DNA of 64,000 nucleotides from NCBI GenBank assembly GCA_002633005.1, contig NMRA01000033.1, positions 1,014,611 through 1,078,610 on the forward strand, written 5' to 3'. Below, in pieces: positions 1 to 12,151 of this stretch. The stretch's first letter is position 1; each line of letters begins with the position of its first letter. Under the pieces are notes generated by a model. It had not been told where the DNA came from and did no database searches. It worked only from the letters and a program-made list of their open reading frames with translations. The stretch comes from Phoronis australis. Lineage: Eukaryota; Animalia; Phoronida. The translations under genes and the position numbers were made by a program.

Positions 1-694
1 ATGACAAAGCAACGAAGAGACATACATGTACTGTAGACGTTGCTGCACATCTGAAGCGAAGTGTTGTTTTCTAGTTCTACCAGCCGTCTCAAATAAACGA
101 GACTGTAGTTGTATTGGCTATTCCCCACTGTTGTACATAAAACTTGGATTATGGTTGAAACTGGGTTCCATTCTTCCTCTCGCATAGTTCTGGGATTCCT
201 CGTCAGGTAATGAAAGATAAGTGTGGTCAGTTGTGGTGAAAACATACTTACATGTAATTTTAATCTACCTAAAACCGATTTTGTCTTCGGACGTGTTCTT
301 GCCAAATTTTCTCGATCACTTGGCCTGGGTCTCATCTTTGCCAGAATTTTGGTCTTGAAGGATCTCTAAACCCACCTTCCATCACCAAATTACTTTTGAT
401 TTATGCATCTTGTCTTCATGAAATTGGGCATAAGTTATTCCTTAGTCGACTATTGGGTGACTTAAGGGCTTCACTTTGTCACCGCTTGTGACTAGACTCT
501 ACAAGTTGACTTGTCACGGCGCGCCATTTTATGCACCGAGCACTTTCCTAAGGCGAAACGAACTGTCAGCTTTTTGCAAATCCAAAAATTGCTTCTCATC
601 TGAGTAATAAGCAATTTGAGATTAATTTTATAGTGGTGCAGTCTAAATCAAAAGTTCGCCTTTTGACGCAATGCGGGTTTACATGTATGTGAAT

Positions 695-1351
695 CTAGGA
701 CCTTAATAAACGATGCCAACTCTTAGTCATCCAAAATCATGCTTTGTCAACCATTAAACGTATACATTTTCTGAAAAGAGAAAGATCGAGGATTCTAAAA
801 TAATATGCTTCTTACTACAGTGTCTTCTTTGTTGTCACGTGACCACGTTTTTGAAGTAAAATGTTCATGTGCAAGAAAGGTGCTTCCATTAATAACCCCC
901 CTAGGCGATTTTACTAAAGAGTTTTTAAATATATCTCAAAAACGCTGTTAGGAATTTTCGATTATCCTCTTAGTTTGGGTTTTATGCCAAATTAATTCGC
1001 AAAACACAAGGCATTTTTTGTAAAAAAATCGTGATCTTATTCTTATATCGTATGGTACGCAACATTAGGCATATTAAAGCAAAATCATTACAGCATTTTT
1101 GAAATAAAACGGTAATTTTTTCAATATGCAAAATCGGCTGTGGTTATATTGCTATGAATGTACCTTTCTTGCACATGGGAATTTAATCAACTTTAAACGT
1201 GGCCCCGTAACAATGATAAAGACACAGCAATAAGAAGCATATTTTTAGAACCCTAGATCTCACGATCCCTTCAGAAAATAATTTTAATGGTTAAGGAAGC
1301 ATAGTTTTTCGATATTTGACTTAGAGTTGAGGACGTTCATCCAGGTCCTAG
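695..1351. mobile_element. Foldback/MITE element with ~200-bp diverged terminal inverted repeats
   Basis: Left arm ctaggacct...aactcttagtca...aaccattaaa...atatgcttctta...catgtgcaagaaaggt is mirrored by the right arm acctttcttgcacatg...taagaagcatat...tttaatggtt...tgacttagagtt...aggtcctag. Confidence 0.75.
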
Positions 1352-1747
1352 TCGTAAGTGACTTTTCGTGGGGCCGGATGTGAGATTTGGATTTGGTGGT
1401 TTTGTCTTCATGACATTTGCATTTTACATTTTGTGATAGTAAACGATTTGAAGCCGTTAATTAAACATTCTTGTTCTCCCGCAGCTTTAGCTACGGGATA
1501 CCGTAGAAGTATTTAACCTATAACTGTGCGTACATGTACATGTAGATCACCACTCCTAGTTTGGGGCCTGTTCCTGGCTTTACGTGTTAGCAATGGTGAG
1601 GACAGTTACTTCACGAATACGCAATATCAAACCCACCTACACGTTGATCTCCTTTCAATGCCATTAATAGAAACAAAGCCAGTGATGGACGTGTTATCTC
1701 AGTTGTAATGTTTAATTACCGAAAGTTTTCGTCATTGTGTTTTTCAG

Positions 1748-1789
1748 GGTTTCTTTGTAGCGCTCGTGTTCTGTTTTTGCAACGGCGAG
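1748..1789 (+). CDS. GPCR A exon: TM7 (GFFVALVFCFCNGE)
   Basis: ttttcag|GGT...GAG|gtaata. The 42-nt phase 0/0 exon is typical of class B1 GPCR genes; 13/14 aa are identical to TM7 of GPCR B. Confidence 0.9.
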
Positions 1790-4700
1790 GTAATATTTTG
1801 TCAATAAATTTCTGGGTCCCGTTTTGTGAAATGTCCTAAGTCCGGTCTTAAGCATGCTACTGCAAAACCAAGACTGCGTTTTCGAACAGGTAAATGTAAA
1901 ACGGTGGAAGTAATGAAATTACAGGTTGATCATTGTCCATGTTCAGACTTAACGAGCTAAACCACGAGTCACCCTAAGGAACACTGACTATGAACAAATT
2001 GAGAACGAAATCACGACCGTCTTAGTCAAGACCGGACTTACGATCCTTGATAAAACGAACTCCAGGTTTGGATGTCATGCTTTTACTTTGCACCGGGTTC
2101 ATCTTTACGAATGCAATATTTTATTCGAAATAATTTAAAACTGCATATTGCTCTGTTTAGCGAGTTGAAAAAAAAAACAAAATCGAAAGAAGCTTTTCAG
2201 AGAAGGGACAATGGTGCGTTAATCATACGGACCGTAGACCTTCGTGCAAAAACAATTCCCTGGTTTTGGTTGAAGTTGTAAAACCACTGTTTCAATGTGT
2301 AATCAATGTTTTAATAGGATGTATGCTATGAAAACAACTGCCCCTATGCACCCAAATGTTAAACCTTAACCTTCAGCATTTGGCTAAAAACATGCGTTCT
2401 GCTTGCCAGGTACATTCCTTGCTGCGAAGGTCCAAACCTTCATGTCGGAAATGTAAGACAAATTCACGGCGCCTGCATGTACAATGTAAACGTGGAGCTG
2501 GGACCTTAGATGTTAAGTTTCGATTTGTTACATATCCAGGTTGAATTAGTTCATAGGCCTAGTTACCATTTTTCAATGAGTTACAGAGATTTAGCACAAC
2601 TGTTGTATTTTCAGAATTGTTGGTATTAACATACACACGATTAAACAAAATCAGGAAGGGAGTACTGAATTCACTAAAAATTCTTTCATTTTCTGAAAAC
2701 ATGGACATCAATTCGAAACAAGTGCTTCAACCGGGCGCTTAACGATTGACCCAATTGCTCATGTCGTTGTTTTTGAATATTACGGAATTTCTGTCATTTA
2801 CATTGTACAAAGGAGGGCTGTGTTTTGCATGATTTTTATTCTGACCGTAGTCTATCGATGTACATGTAACTGTTTCGACAATACCATTCTCATACATTGG
2901 AATTTTACTATTAAGCTTTAACGATGCTTTGTCTAAGAAATTTACATGCTGTCTGTGCGATTAGTGCTTCGGTTTGCTGTTATATACGTGTATGTCACTA
3001 TGAAAACTATCGTTAAGATTGTTTTTCAGCCTGCACAATTAGAATGTTTTTTTTTTGGATTCTTTACAACTGTTCAAAATTAATGCGATTTGAAATATAG
3101 TGTCCAATTGCAACCTTCAACTACTACAATCTCCATCACTCAGAGCTGCTTGATTGTGAAACAATTCTTTTCAATTGCCGGAAACTGAGGACAAAGCAGC
3201 CATAAGATTTCATCGACGTTTTGACAGATTATGCGTAGATCATCTACAGGATAAGTATCAGTCACAGAACAATTAACAGCAGAACAGAACATATGCAGAT
3301 ACAGTCACGCTGAGATCTCATTGATTCGTAGCTGTTCTGTGAACTCGAAGAGACTATTGAGTTTTGTATTTAGACGTAAATCAAAAGTCAGCAATCTAAT
3401 TACAAACTGCCAAAAGTTCGCAACTGTTCTGTGAACTCGACGAGACTATTCAGTTTTGTACTTAGACTTAAACCAAATGTCAGCAATCTAATTACGAAGT
3501 GCCATAATTTGATTTGTTGTCTTTTGCTTTTCTCGAAATGTTTTCTGTATAATAGTCAAGCAGACTACGGATTTCTTTGTTTTGACTTCGAGTTGTAGAG
3601 AGATTTCTGACTCACAATGTTAGCAGACGAAGCCAACAGCATATCAATTTTTAGCCGAAAGTCAACAGACAAGCCAATACACTTTAAATTAATGAAACAC
3701 GCCTCAGGTCTACAGTCCTGTCACGGGGTTTTGAACTGTACGCTGAGCACTGATGTGAATGATACGCTGCAATTCGTTCTATGACATCCCAATTCAAACC
3801 GAGCATACATCAAAACGTCGATGAAGTCTTGCATCTGGTTTCTCATAAGAAAGTTCTGTTGTAGAGGTGTCTATGGTCTTACCCAGAGTAGAGTTCTGCG
3901 ATTTTATGTGATCCTCATACAAGTAGAATTTCTGGTGAAAAGTAGAAGGTACAAAATTATGTTGGCACAGCTGTTGTGTTTGGTGACAGGTTTTGGTACA
4001 AAGTAGTTAACTTAACTGCCCACTTGTGTTCAAGAATGTTAACAAACTGGTCCCTAATATTTCAGTGAAGCAGATCCATGAAGCAGATCGGCTTGGGCCA
4101 GAGGCCTAATCTTTCATTCTGAAATCGAACTCAAAACTATTTTTAACATTTCAAGTTTTCCTGGATTGCGAATTCTAGATCAGTATTTATTTTTACATGC
4201 ACGAGTGTATAAACGGTTGCACAAACGAGTGTGTAGTTCAAATTTGGATTTGATGTCTCCATAGGATTACAGTCATCCACGTGAGCCATAATATATTCCA
4301 GCACAGAATACTAGACACTTATATATAGTTGGTACAATCATTTTGGGTCTACGTCTTCCCTCAGAACATGCATAAAGTTAAAACAAATACCTGAAAACGA
4401 AACCTTCAGTATAGAGCTGGTAACGTATAAGATTGATGCCAAACACCATTAAATTAAATTTTGTGACACGTCAATTCAGTGAGACTAAGTCGCGTATTTT
4501 ATGGTATTAATATTAGCGAGGTGTTTTGGATGTTGTTTCTCTTTTTTGATTATTTCATTTTCAGACTTTTCGTCAATTTCTTACTAACAGTTTACAATTG
4601 ATATATGTACACATTTCTTTAAAACTTACCACCATCACCAACACCCCCACCACCACCACTTGACTACCTGCGGTCGTCATAGATTCATAATGGATAAAAT

Positions 4701-7329
4701 ATATTTCAGTGTTTCTTTAACATTCCGAAACTCTTTGAAACACATTTTGATGAAAACAATGTTTGTTATGACGTCAACCACTGTACATGTAGACTAATGT
4801 TCATCCACTTCGTTTCTACCCACAGGTTCACACGCATCTTCAAAAGACGTGCATAAAACTGAAACTCACACGGGATTTTTATAGAAGAGAATCAAAACAA
4901 AGGTAAATCATGTTGTTTGCAATTGCCCCTTGCATATTCAAATTCAGCGTCCTGTCACTCGTATGATGGTATTTTAATAGTAAATACATGTCGGATGCTT
5001 AAGCCCAGCTGAACCCCCTGAAAACTCGCTCCAATATTGATTAGTATATCATACAAAGCTATTCATAAAGCTTGATGGTGCTACACCGTCCATACTTTCG
5101 ACTTCCTAAAACTAGTTTGAGATGGTGGTGTGTTAACACCATTTACAGTAACCCCAAGTCTTTTTACATTCGCGCAACATATGCGGTCACCCATTTTGAA
5201 CATTCTGCGGCTATCAATGGTGGTCAATGATAAACACTAGATTCATTTTTTTGGGAAATTTGCCAAATTCGGCAATTGAACTGCTGTGATCATTAATAAT
5301 CCATTTATTGGGAAGGAGCTTGTTGTTTTGTATCTCCATTAGGATGGATATCCAGGCGGATGTCCCTTTTTACTTGGTAGGCTGGCTGAAGAGAGTGACG
5401 TATCGCTTCACGTACATTAATTGTACGTGTCTTAGTCCATTGTTTCAATTTTATTGGTACGTTATCCCAGAATAAGTCAGGCTGTTTTGACCACATCACT
5501 GCTTTGTTACCCTTTAAAAGTTTTCCATGTGATCTCTTGCGTTCAGCTATCCTGGTGTGCGTTCAGTAACGGCAGCAGTGCTGTAGTGGTAAAAGTAGAG
5601 GTAAGTAGGCGACAAAAGCCCACCGTATCACCTTGAGCACTGAACGCAACTTACGGTGCGTAGGCGCTACGTTCAAATGCCAAAAGGTGGGTGACTGCGC
5701 CTACGTGCGCGTACGCCCCACTACAACACTGAACGACAGGACCTAGCTAAAATCTGGCCGAAGTCACGTGTTCTTATTTAAAATACACGACAATATCTCA
5801 CGTAATCACGCGAAGTCTGGCTTTTTAGCTAGGTCCTGGCGTGCCTGAACTGGAGGCTGAATTCCAACAGGTTTCATTAAATTCCCAGGGTATTTGGTGC
5901 ACTTCATTGTTAGAAACGAAGCGAAACTTATATGTTGCTTGCGAGTGCCCCTTGACCCACATGGTATGCAAATTACCGTAGTTCCATATCAAATGTTCAA
6001 ACCAATCAGACTCACTTAGCGAAGTCCTGCAGTCAAAGGTCGTGTCCGCTTGCTGAAGTAAATTACACTTGGCTCCTGTACTATAAATGGCGGAATGAAT
6101 GTGGAAAACACGGACTTGTCGGTAAATATTGTGAACTAACTTGTTCACGAATTAAACCGTTTCACCCTGAAAAAATACAAATTATCTTTTTCTTCGCTTG
6201 GCATTGCAACTATCGCACGTTGGCCTAACGCTGTGGTTTGCAAAATGCTGGCAAAAGTGGACTGCCCCAGATTTCTATCTATAGTCCCATGCCTGTCCGT
6301 TATTTTTTGAACTGCTTACATATAGGTCCAAGTTTTTCAGAGATTGCAGGTACGTATGGAAGTCGCATAGTTTGTAGTGTAGGATCTTATTCATCCTTTT
6401 AATTTTTTTGTGGTGTTATTGCTGATCGATTAAATCCTATGATTAGCCACGATATCACTGTATATATAACTATTGATTTTGAATGTTTGTATCTGCTTGG
6501 AGTGTTGTGCTACACATTTTCATTTGATCCGCTCAATTTTTGGCACTTAATTGACAATACATGTAATTCTTTCATTTCCATTGGTTTGCCTGGAGGTGTA
6601 GTCAAGGTACCGTCTAGTTTCAGTGGTGTTCTTAATTCAGTGACCTCTATCTGTGATAATTATTAAGGGCTTTCAGTAAGGCAGTCAAGCGACACATGAC
6701 TACCCCTTCTGAGAAATATATAAGTATGTCCAAATTTCTTCGAGGTGGAGGTGAATGTATGGCTTGTACATGTAGGTCTAACGATTGAACTGACAGCGAG
6801 GTCATTGATTCAAATCCCAGCGTGCGCAAAAGGAGAAGTGCTCATCGATGGCTGCCACAAATGTATCATATGACAGTGTTTTTTTTTTTCTAAGAATGCT
6901 GCAATGCCTGGAATATGGCGGAGATATTAGTTACCAAAATTTCAAGCCAATCCAAAGAAGCTAGAGGATGGTATTAGTGGACCATTAATTTTACCAATCT
7001 GTCCTTGAAGGGAAGGCATATTATTCTTATCGTTTTATGTTATGGAGAATTTACGTACAAACCACAACGCCAGTACTGATTGATTTATGGTTATGTTCAT
7101 TTATTCCTGCAGGAGTTTTAGTCTAACCTCACAGACAACCGCTTTGTCATTCCGTGGAGGTCGTCTAATGAGTACTTCATTGCCCCAGAACTCCAAGAGT
7201 CGAGCAAGCAGGCAGAATTCGGCTCCAAGTCCCAACGGAGGACCGATGTCGTCGACATACCATCCATTGCCTTTCGAGGAAATCGGAACAAAACCATGCC
7301 ATCTGACGGAAAATGGCACAATAAAATGA
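1748..7329 (+). CDS. Class B1 (secretin/calcitonin-receptor family) GPCR 'A', 3' part only: join(1748..1789,4826..4902,7113..7329); upstream exons not recognised in the window
   Basis: Spliced translation GFFVALVFCFCNGE|VHTHLQKTCIKLKLTRDFYRRESKQR|SFSLTSQTTALSF...ENGTIK*. This gives the class B1 TM7 motif on a 42-nt exon, helix 8 and a Ser/Thr-rich tail. All junctions are GT-AG and phase-compatible (0, 0, 2). Confidence 0.85.
1812..2065. mobile_element. MITE with diverged ~40-bp TIRs (possibly PIF/Harbinger-like)
   Basis: ctgggtcccgttttgtgaaatgtcctaagtccggtctt versus aagaccggacttacgatccttgataaaacgaactccag (inverted). Confidence 0.6.
2410..2544 (+). CDS. GPCR A putative alternative terminal exon (helix 8 plus short tail, VHSLLRRSKPSC...TYPG*)
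   Basis: Acceptor gttctgcttgccag|GTA with a CTAA branch-like motif ~25 nt upstream. It is phase 0 and begins VH, like the 4826 exon. ATTAAA lies at 2640-2645, after the stop. Confidence 0.5.
   Translation, partial: VHSLLRRSKPSCRKCKTNSRRLHVQCKRGAGTLDVKFRFVTYPG
3204..3830. repeat. 21-bp inverted repeat pair enclosing a 92-bp tandem duplication (3332-3510); possible MITE
   Basis: aagatttcatcgacgttttga (3204-3224) versus tcaaaacgtcgatgaagtctt (3810-3830), 20/21 match. The unit ctgttctgtgaactcga...cagcaatctaattac occurs at 3332 and 3424. Confidence 0.55.
4826..4902 (+). CDS. GPCR A exon: helix 8/proximal C-tail
   Basis: tttctacccacag|GTT CAC ACG CAT CTT...CAA AG|gtaaat, with a branch-like gactaat upstream. 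Continues NGE|V. Confidence 0.8.
5551..5858 (-). mobile_element. MITE family 1 copy (TIR cgttcagtaacg.taggacct.gctaaaa), interrupted by a hAT MITE
   Basis: The core aatatctcacgtaatc..gcgaagtc is the reverse complement of the copies at 45073, 61081 and 63219. One TIR is split by 5576-5731. Confidence 0.75.
5576..5731. mobile_element. hAT-type MITE (156 bp), copy 1
   Basis: TIR CAGTGCTGTAGTGG / CCACTACAACACTG; 8-bp TSD aacggcag / aacgacag; highly similar to 13355-13509. Confidence 0.85.
7113..7329 (+). CDS. GPCR A last coding exon (Ser/Thr-rich C-tail)
   Basis: ttattcctgcag|G AGT TTT... Phase 2 matches the upstream exon; the frame is open to TGA at 7327-7329. Confidence 0.8.
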
Positions 7330-8443
7330 AGCCAACAGTTGACAAAAGCGCAAACCAAGGATTTTGTGCTCTATTTTCCAGCCAGAGACGGGATTCGGTA
7401 AAAACTGACCAACACTCGCACTCACGACCCAGAGAATAGTCGAAAATATTACCGCAACATCTTGTAGATGGTAATGTCTTGATATCTGACAGGTAACTAA
7501 CAAGTCTTACGAAGGGCTGGTTTAACAGGTTGCTTATATCGATGACACCCTGTACACTTCAACTTAAGAATTCTAAAAGGTAAAACCGCCGGGAATTGCA
7601 CTGCCAGCATAAGTTATCATCGTGTGGACGTATCGTCTATTGGAATTAAGGGTGAGGAAGCAAACGCTTGACGGAAATTGGACCTTTACCACGGAACCTG
7701 AACTTACCACGGACATTTTGGAGCTACAATGTAGTGACCGAAGTGCGCGATTCTGTTCATGCGACTAGTCATTATCAAGGGGTGCACACCAGCTCTTAGC
7801 GTGGTTGCGCACTTTTACGACGCACTGCAAAAACCTTTACAATACACAAAGGACGTTTACAACAGAACCGTAACTCCGAACCACACTCAAGCAGTCTTGA
7901 AACAGGTACCCTTTGGCGTAAACACCGAAATGCGCTACCTACATTCTACGTGCGTTTTTCAGTCATTTTCACTAAAATTATCTATGGCAAGAGGGCCCGA
8001 GTTAGGTTAGAGTCCCGTTGTAGTTTCCTGTACATCGTACATGTAAGTGTTGTTTAGTGTGTATAATTACAACCTTTCATGGGTTCCTCCATATTCTCTA
8101 CGACTACGGCATTGAGAAGTTTGTCTCGTGAGCCACCAGTCTCGCACCACAGACTTGCCTGTCGATGTCAGCAGTGACACAGTGAGATCTTAGAATGGAA
8201 TGCAAAAGGTTTTTTCTTTATTCTACGTCAGTATACCGAAGACTAGGTACATGTACGGCGGCCAGTGTCCTAAGCGGCAAAGAGCAGGACCGTAAATGTG
8301 TACTGATAGATGAGTAACTGTGACCGGGATAACTTTCCCCGATGAAGGCGATAATTTCGGTGGCAAAAAGCGAATTGAATGAAACGTTATGTATAGTCCG
8401 TGGGTGTTTTTGCAGTTTATTTCAGTATTGGATGTAAGTTCGA

Positions 8444-8547
8444 CGGTTATGCCGGATCAACTGGATAAGACATCTGACTAGTTCTCGGTGACGAGTTTCA
8501 GCTTAGAGACCCATCAGATGTCTTAGCCGCTTGACCTGACGGAACCG
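8444..8547. repeat. ~100-bp imperfect palindrome (small MITE or hairpin) between the two GPCR stop codons
   Basis: cggttatgccggatcaactggataagacatctga ... tcagatgtcttagccgcttgacctgacggaaccg. Confidence 0.55.
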
Positions 8548-11500
8548 GCAAAGTCAATTGGAGCTTATAGCATATACTAAGATTGACGTTTTGATACGAC
8601 AGTGCTGTTTGGCATGGTGCCAAGTCTCTATGGTATGAGTAATCATGTATTGACTAAAGACGGACGAGGTTGTTGATGTTGTATATTCAGGCATCCACGT
8701 GTGTTGAGGTAGACTCTGTTGACTTCAGTTTTGGAAATTAATTACAATGCTAGATACTACTCAAGTAATAAGACCGTTTTAACACATTCATCACAGCAAC
8801 GACTGCAAAAAAGTCCGATCTATGCATGTACATACACGTTCATCTTGGGGGTGTTGCCGAGTAATGTGTGAACCAGGGCATTTAAATGTCAGTTACCTAC
8901 ATATGCATGTGACAGTATGTCCTGTGTATCCGCTTTACTGGAATTAGTCTACTGACGAATTAAATTCCTTTTCGTGATAACGTCACACAATTCTGTTGTC
9001 ATGGCCACTCGTTGCCATGGGCACTCGTTTATGATATCTCTCTGCTCACTTGTTACATCGGATGTAGAAATTTCGTGGTGTGTAATTAAGAATAATTATG
9101 CAAATGCGTCTCCTTAATTTTGGGGATGGCACAGACACTGTGTACACTTGCTTGCAATTACCTACCCAAACACGCAAATAAAAATATGACTGCTGGGCAA
9201 TACAATGAATAAAGGTACACAAACTCGGAGAGGTAGAACAATTCCCACTTATTGTTTAAACCCTTCGAAACATAATTACATCCTCATTCCAAGTGCCACT
9301 TGAGTAAAACAAACGCCATATGGTGGTAACTTTCCTGCATAACTATATCTAAATACACAAGCGTTGAGGATAATGTTGGCCCACTTAATCAACATTTCGT
9401 TTTGGTGCCGCACGAACACATGGGACCAGGTGCCTCTTCCCTACCCTACACAGCCACCGGACGGGGTACTGTCCAGCGGGTGGCAGCGGTTGGGGATTCA
9501 GACTCGCTATCGTTCACAGTGGAAATTGTGGTTTCGCAGTGATCCTGTAAGAAAAGAGACAATTCCACTGAGATTCATTAAGCAGTGACGTTCTTACTAC
9601 ATACACGATAGCCACCATTTGTACTTTCCAGTCGACGACAGCAAATCTCACAACCACACAAGAGAAATGGTCGTAGTTCTACCTCCGTCGTATCGCGTCA
9701 TGGAATTTGCCAGCAAGCGTCTGGAAACACGATAATATATTCTCAACAAGAAAGTTCTGTCTCGTAATAGTTCAAACTGAGGAAGCGCACTAGATTCGAG
9801 TAAGTCATTTTATCTAGAAAGCAAGAGGTAGATGGACGAATCGTGAAAATGGTCACTACCATCTGCCGGAAATCTAACTTTTATCTTCCAGGTGTTCAAT
9901 CTAGTCAGGTGACCACGAGTCAAACCATCAAATGTATGTATTATCCTGAGAACGACAGCAGATCGAGTTGGTGGAAAGACGTTCAATTTTATAAAAAAAT
10001 ATCTCGATTGTGTTCTATAAAACTCCTTTCGCTATTCTGTTATTCACCTAATGAGTGGCGAACACGGAAGGTAGTCCACCAAAAGCGCTAGAAGCAGCAA
10101 CAACCACACATGGAGAGCGCAAAAAGATGTTACGTTGGATCACGTGAGCAGATACTACCGACGTTTCGAACAAGCACAAGTACATGTTACTTAAAGTATA
10201 ACGAGCACTAACAACTTGACGCAGGATATTGTCTTTCGACTGTTCGATACAGTGGTTTACTTCCGTAGAACTTTTGTCAATCAAGACGATCCTGACCACA
10301 CGTTGTACAAAGCAAGAAAACGAAATATCGATAGACTTGCCCTTTTCTGATTAACCAAAATAACATCTGCTAAAACGAGTAACTACAACTAAAAGGTAAT
10401 TCATTAGATTTCAACAGAACGAGGCCATTCGGTTTCATTTTGTTTCAGGACATTATTGGACTCTCTTGAACAAGCTGCCGATGAGTCCCCAAGTAAAGCA
10501 GTATGTGGACATTTGTAACGAAACCATTTATAATTTCGGCAAGACGTGCAAGTCACCCAAACTTTATCATATGGGAAGCATGCACCGTTATCAGTTTATT
10601 TGTAATTGGCCAAAATAATCAAACGGAAGTACATGTGTATACGTACGTGACTGATGGCGCTTTCTGAAAGTCTTGGGTTGTGACTGGCTTCAGCCATAGG
10701 TGCAATCTACGAATGACGTTGACTTTAAATTCTTTAAAATGTTAATACACACATTGAAACCTATAGCTGCCCAATGTTCGTGTTCAGGTAATTGTTTTCG
10801 TGTTTCAGTAATCTATAAGGACATACAGTGTATGTTCCTTTCGCAATGACGAAAAACCGATAATGGTGTCAAATTAGACACTCCGCCGTAGGAACATGAG
10901 AGCCAAACACGAGCTCACGCCATGGTCCCAACTACATGTACGATCGCGTAGCCAGAAAGCCGGACAAAAAGCCTCGTTTGGGAACTACTTACACTGTACG
11001 TAGAACATGAACTTTGTGTAGTTCTATAGGAGGTAATCTGTGAAGGTACAAAACATAACAAGCGTTTAACCCCACCACCACAGCTAGCGCACACTCTTCT
11101 TTGCAACGTGCATTATCATAATTAATGAATGTAACTTGCATTGTTTGTGTTTCAAGGGTAAAACAACCCTTGAACTGTGCCTGATTCGTAAGAAAGCGGA
11201 AAAAAAGAAAGTTTGACAAAAACACTATGATGTATTTTTATCTGAAAATCAAGATTGTCTGGCAGTGACAACATCTGACAGGAAGATCAAGTGCTATTAA
11301 TAAAACTCAGTAACAAATACCTGGATGTTATCTGTGAGACTGGGTCATTTGTCTTCACTTAAAACGCATAATTGGTAAAAATTACCAAATAAAGTATAGT
11401 TGTACAACTATTCGTACCTTTGTCACCATTTCTTGAAGAACACAAGAGGTAGTCTATAGGGTGCGTGGTTGGCCTACAGTACACGGGTTCACTGGGTGCT

Positions 11501-11791
11501 CTAGCAAGCTGCCACACTGGTCGCATTTTAAAGCTTCTCACACTTTGCAGACGACACCAATTCTCGCTTAATAACGTTTCACATCACGTAACAATCTGAG
11601 TCAGCGACTGCCAGTTTCATGTCAACTCGTTGACACGACCGAACATCAAACTAGTTGGGACGGAAACAATTGGGTTTCATGTGATAACAGTCGAAGTATG
11701 CTACTTCTAAATACCAATTTTCACGTACAATACAGATTAAGATATTCATAATAACACAATCAAATGTTAAGATCACGTGATATCACGGTTA

Positions 11792-12151
11792 CTATATCTG
11801 TGACTGGCGCTCATTATATTTTTCGTCTGAGGAAGGCACAGGCATGTACTTGTGAATCTGTGGAGAGTTGCAAGACTGTCCATTTCTTGAAATGTTTGAA
11901 TTTCTATCGGCAATTTTCGGTGTGGTTTTGACACTGACTTGGCTCCCGTTTATACTAGGCATCGACCCCTTAGGGGTTCCACTAGCGTTCGAGCCTCGAT
12001 TTTTGCCGAAACTTACCGCCGAACTGCCTCGCTTTCGGCAGAAGTTGACAAAACTACTTGATAAACTCGTCCTTGTTGTCATGGTCAGATTTGTACTGAC
12101 AATACTTCCTCTACGCATGCGTCTACACGAGTCTTTGATGCACTGCATGAC
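11792..12151 (-). CDS. GPCR B exon 10: helix 8 plus Ser/Thr-rich C-tail
   Basis: aatgttttag|GTC ATG CAG TGC...; encodes VMQCIKDSCRRMRRGSIVST...RQSQI*. Confidence 0.88.
   Translation of the reverse strand, partial: VMQCIKDSCRRMRRGSIVSTNLTMTTRTSLSSSFVNFCRKRGSSAVSFGKNRGSNASGTPKGSMPSINGSQVSVKTTPKIADRNSNISRNGQSCNSPQIHKYMPVPSSDEKYNERQSQI

Noticed and set aside
109-206. Possible upstream GPCR A exon ending CAG|GTAATG
   Set aside because: No frame gives class B1 TM5/TM6 motifs; the frame ending in Gln has a stop shortly upstream.
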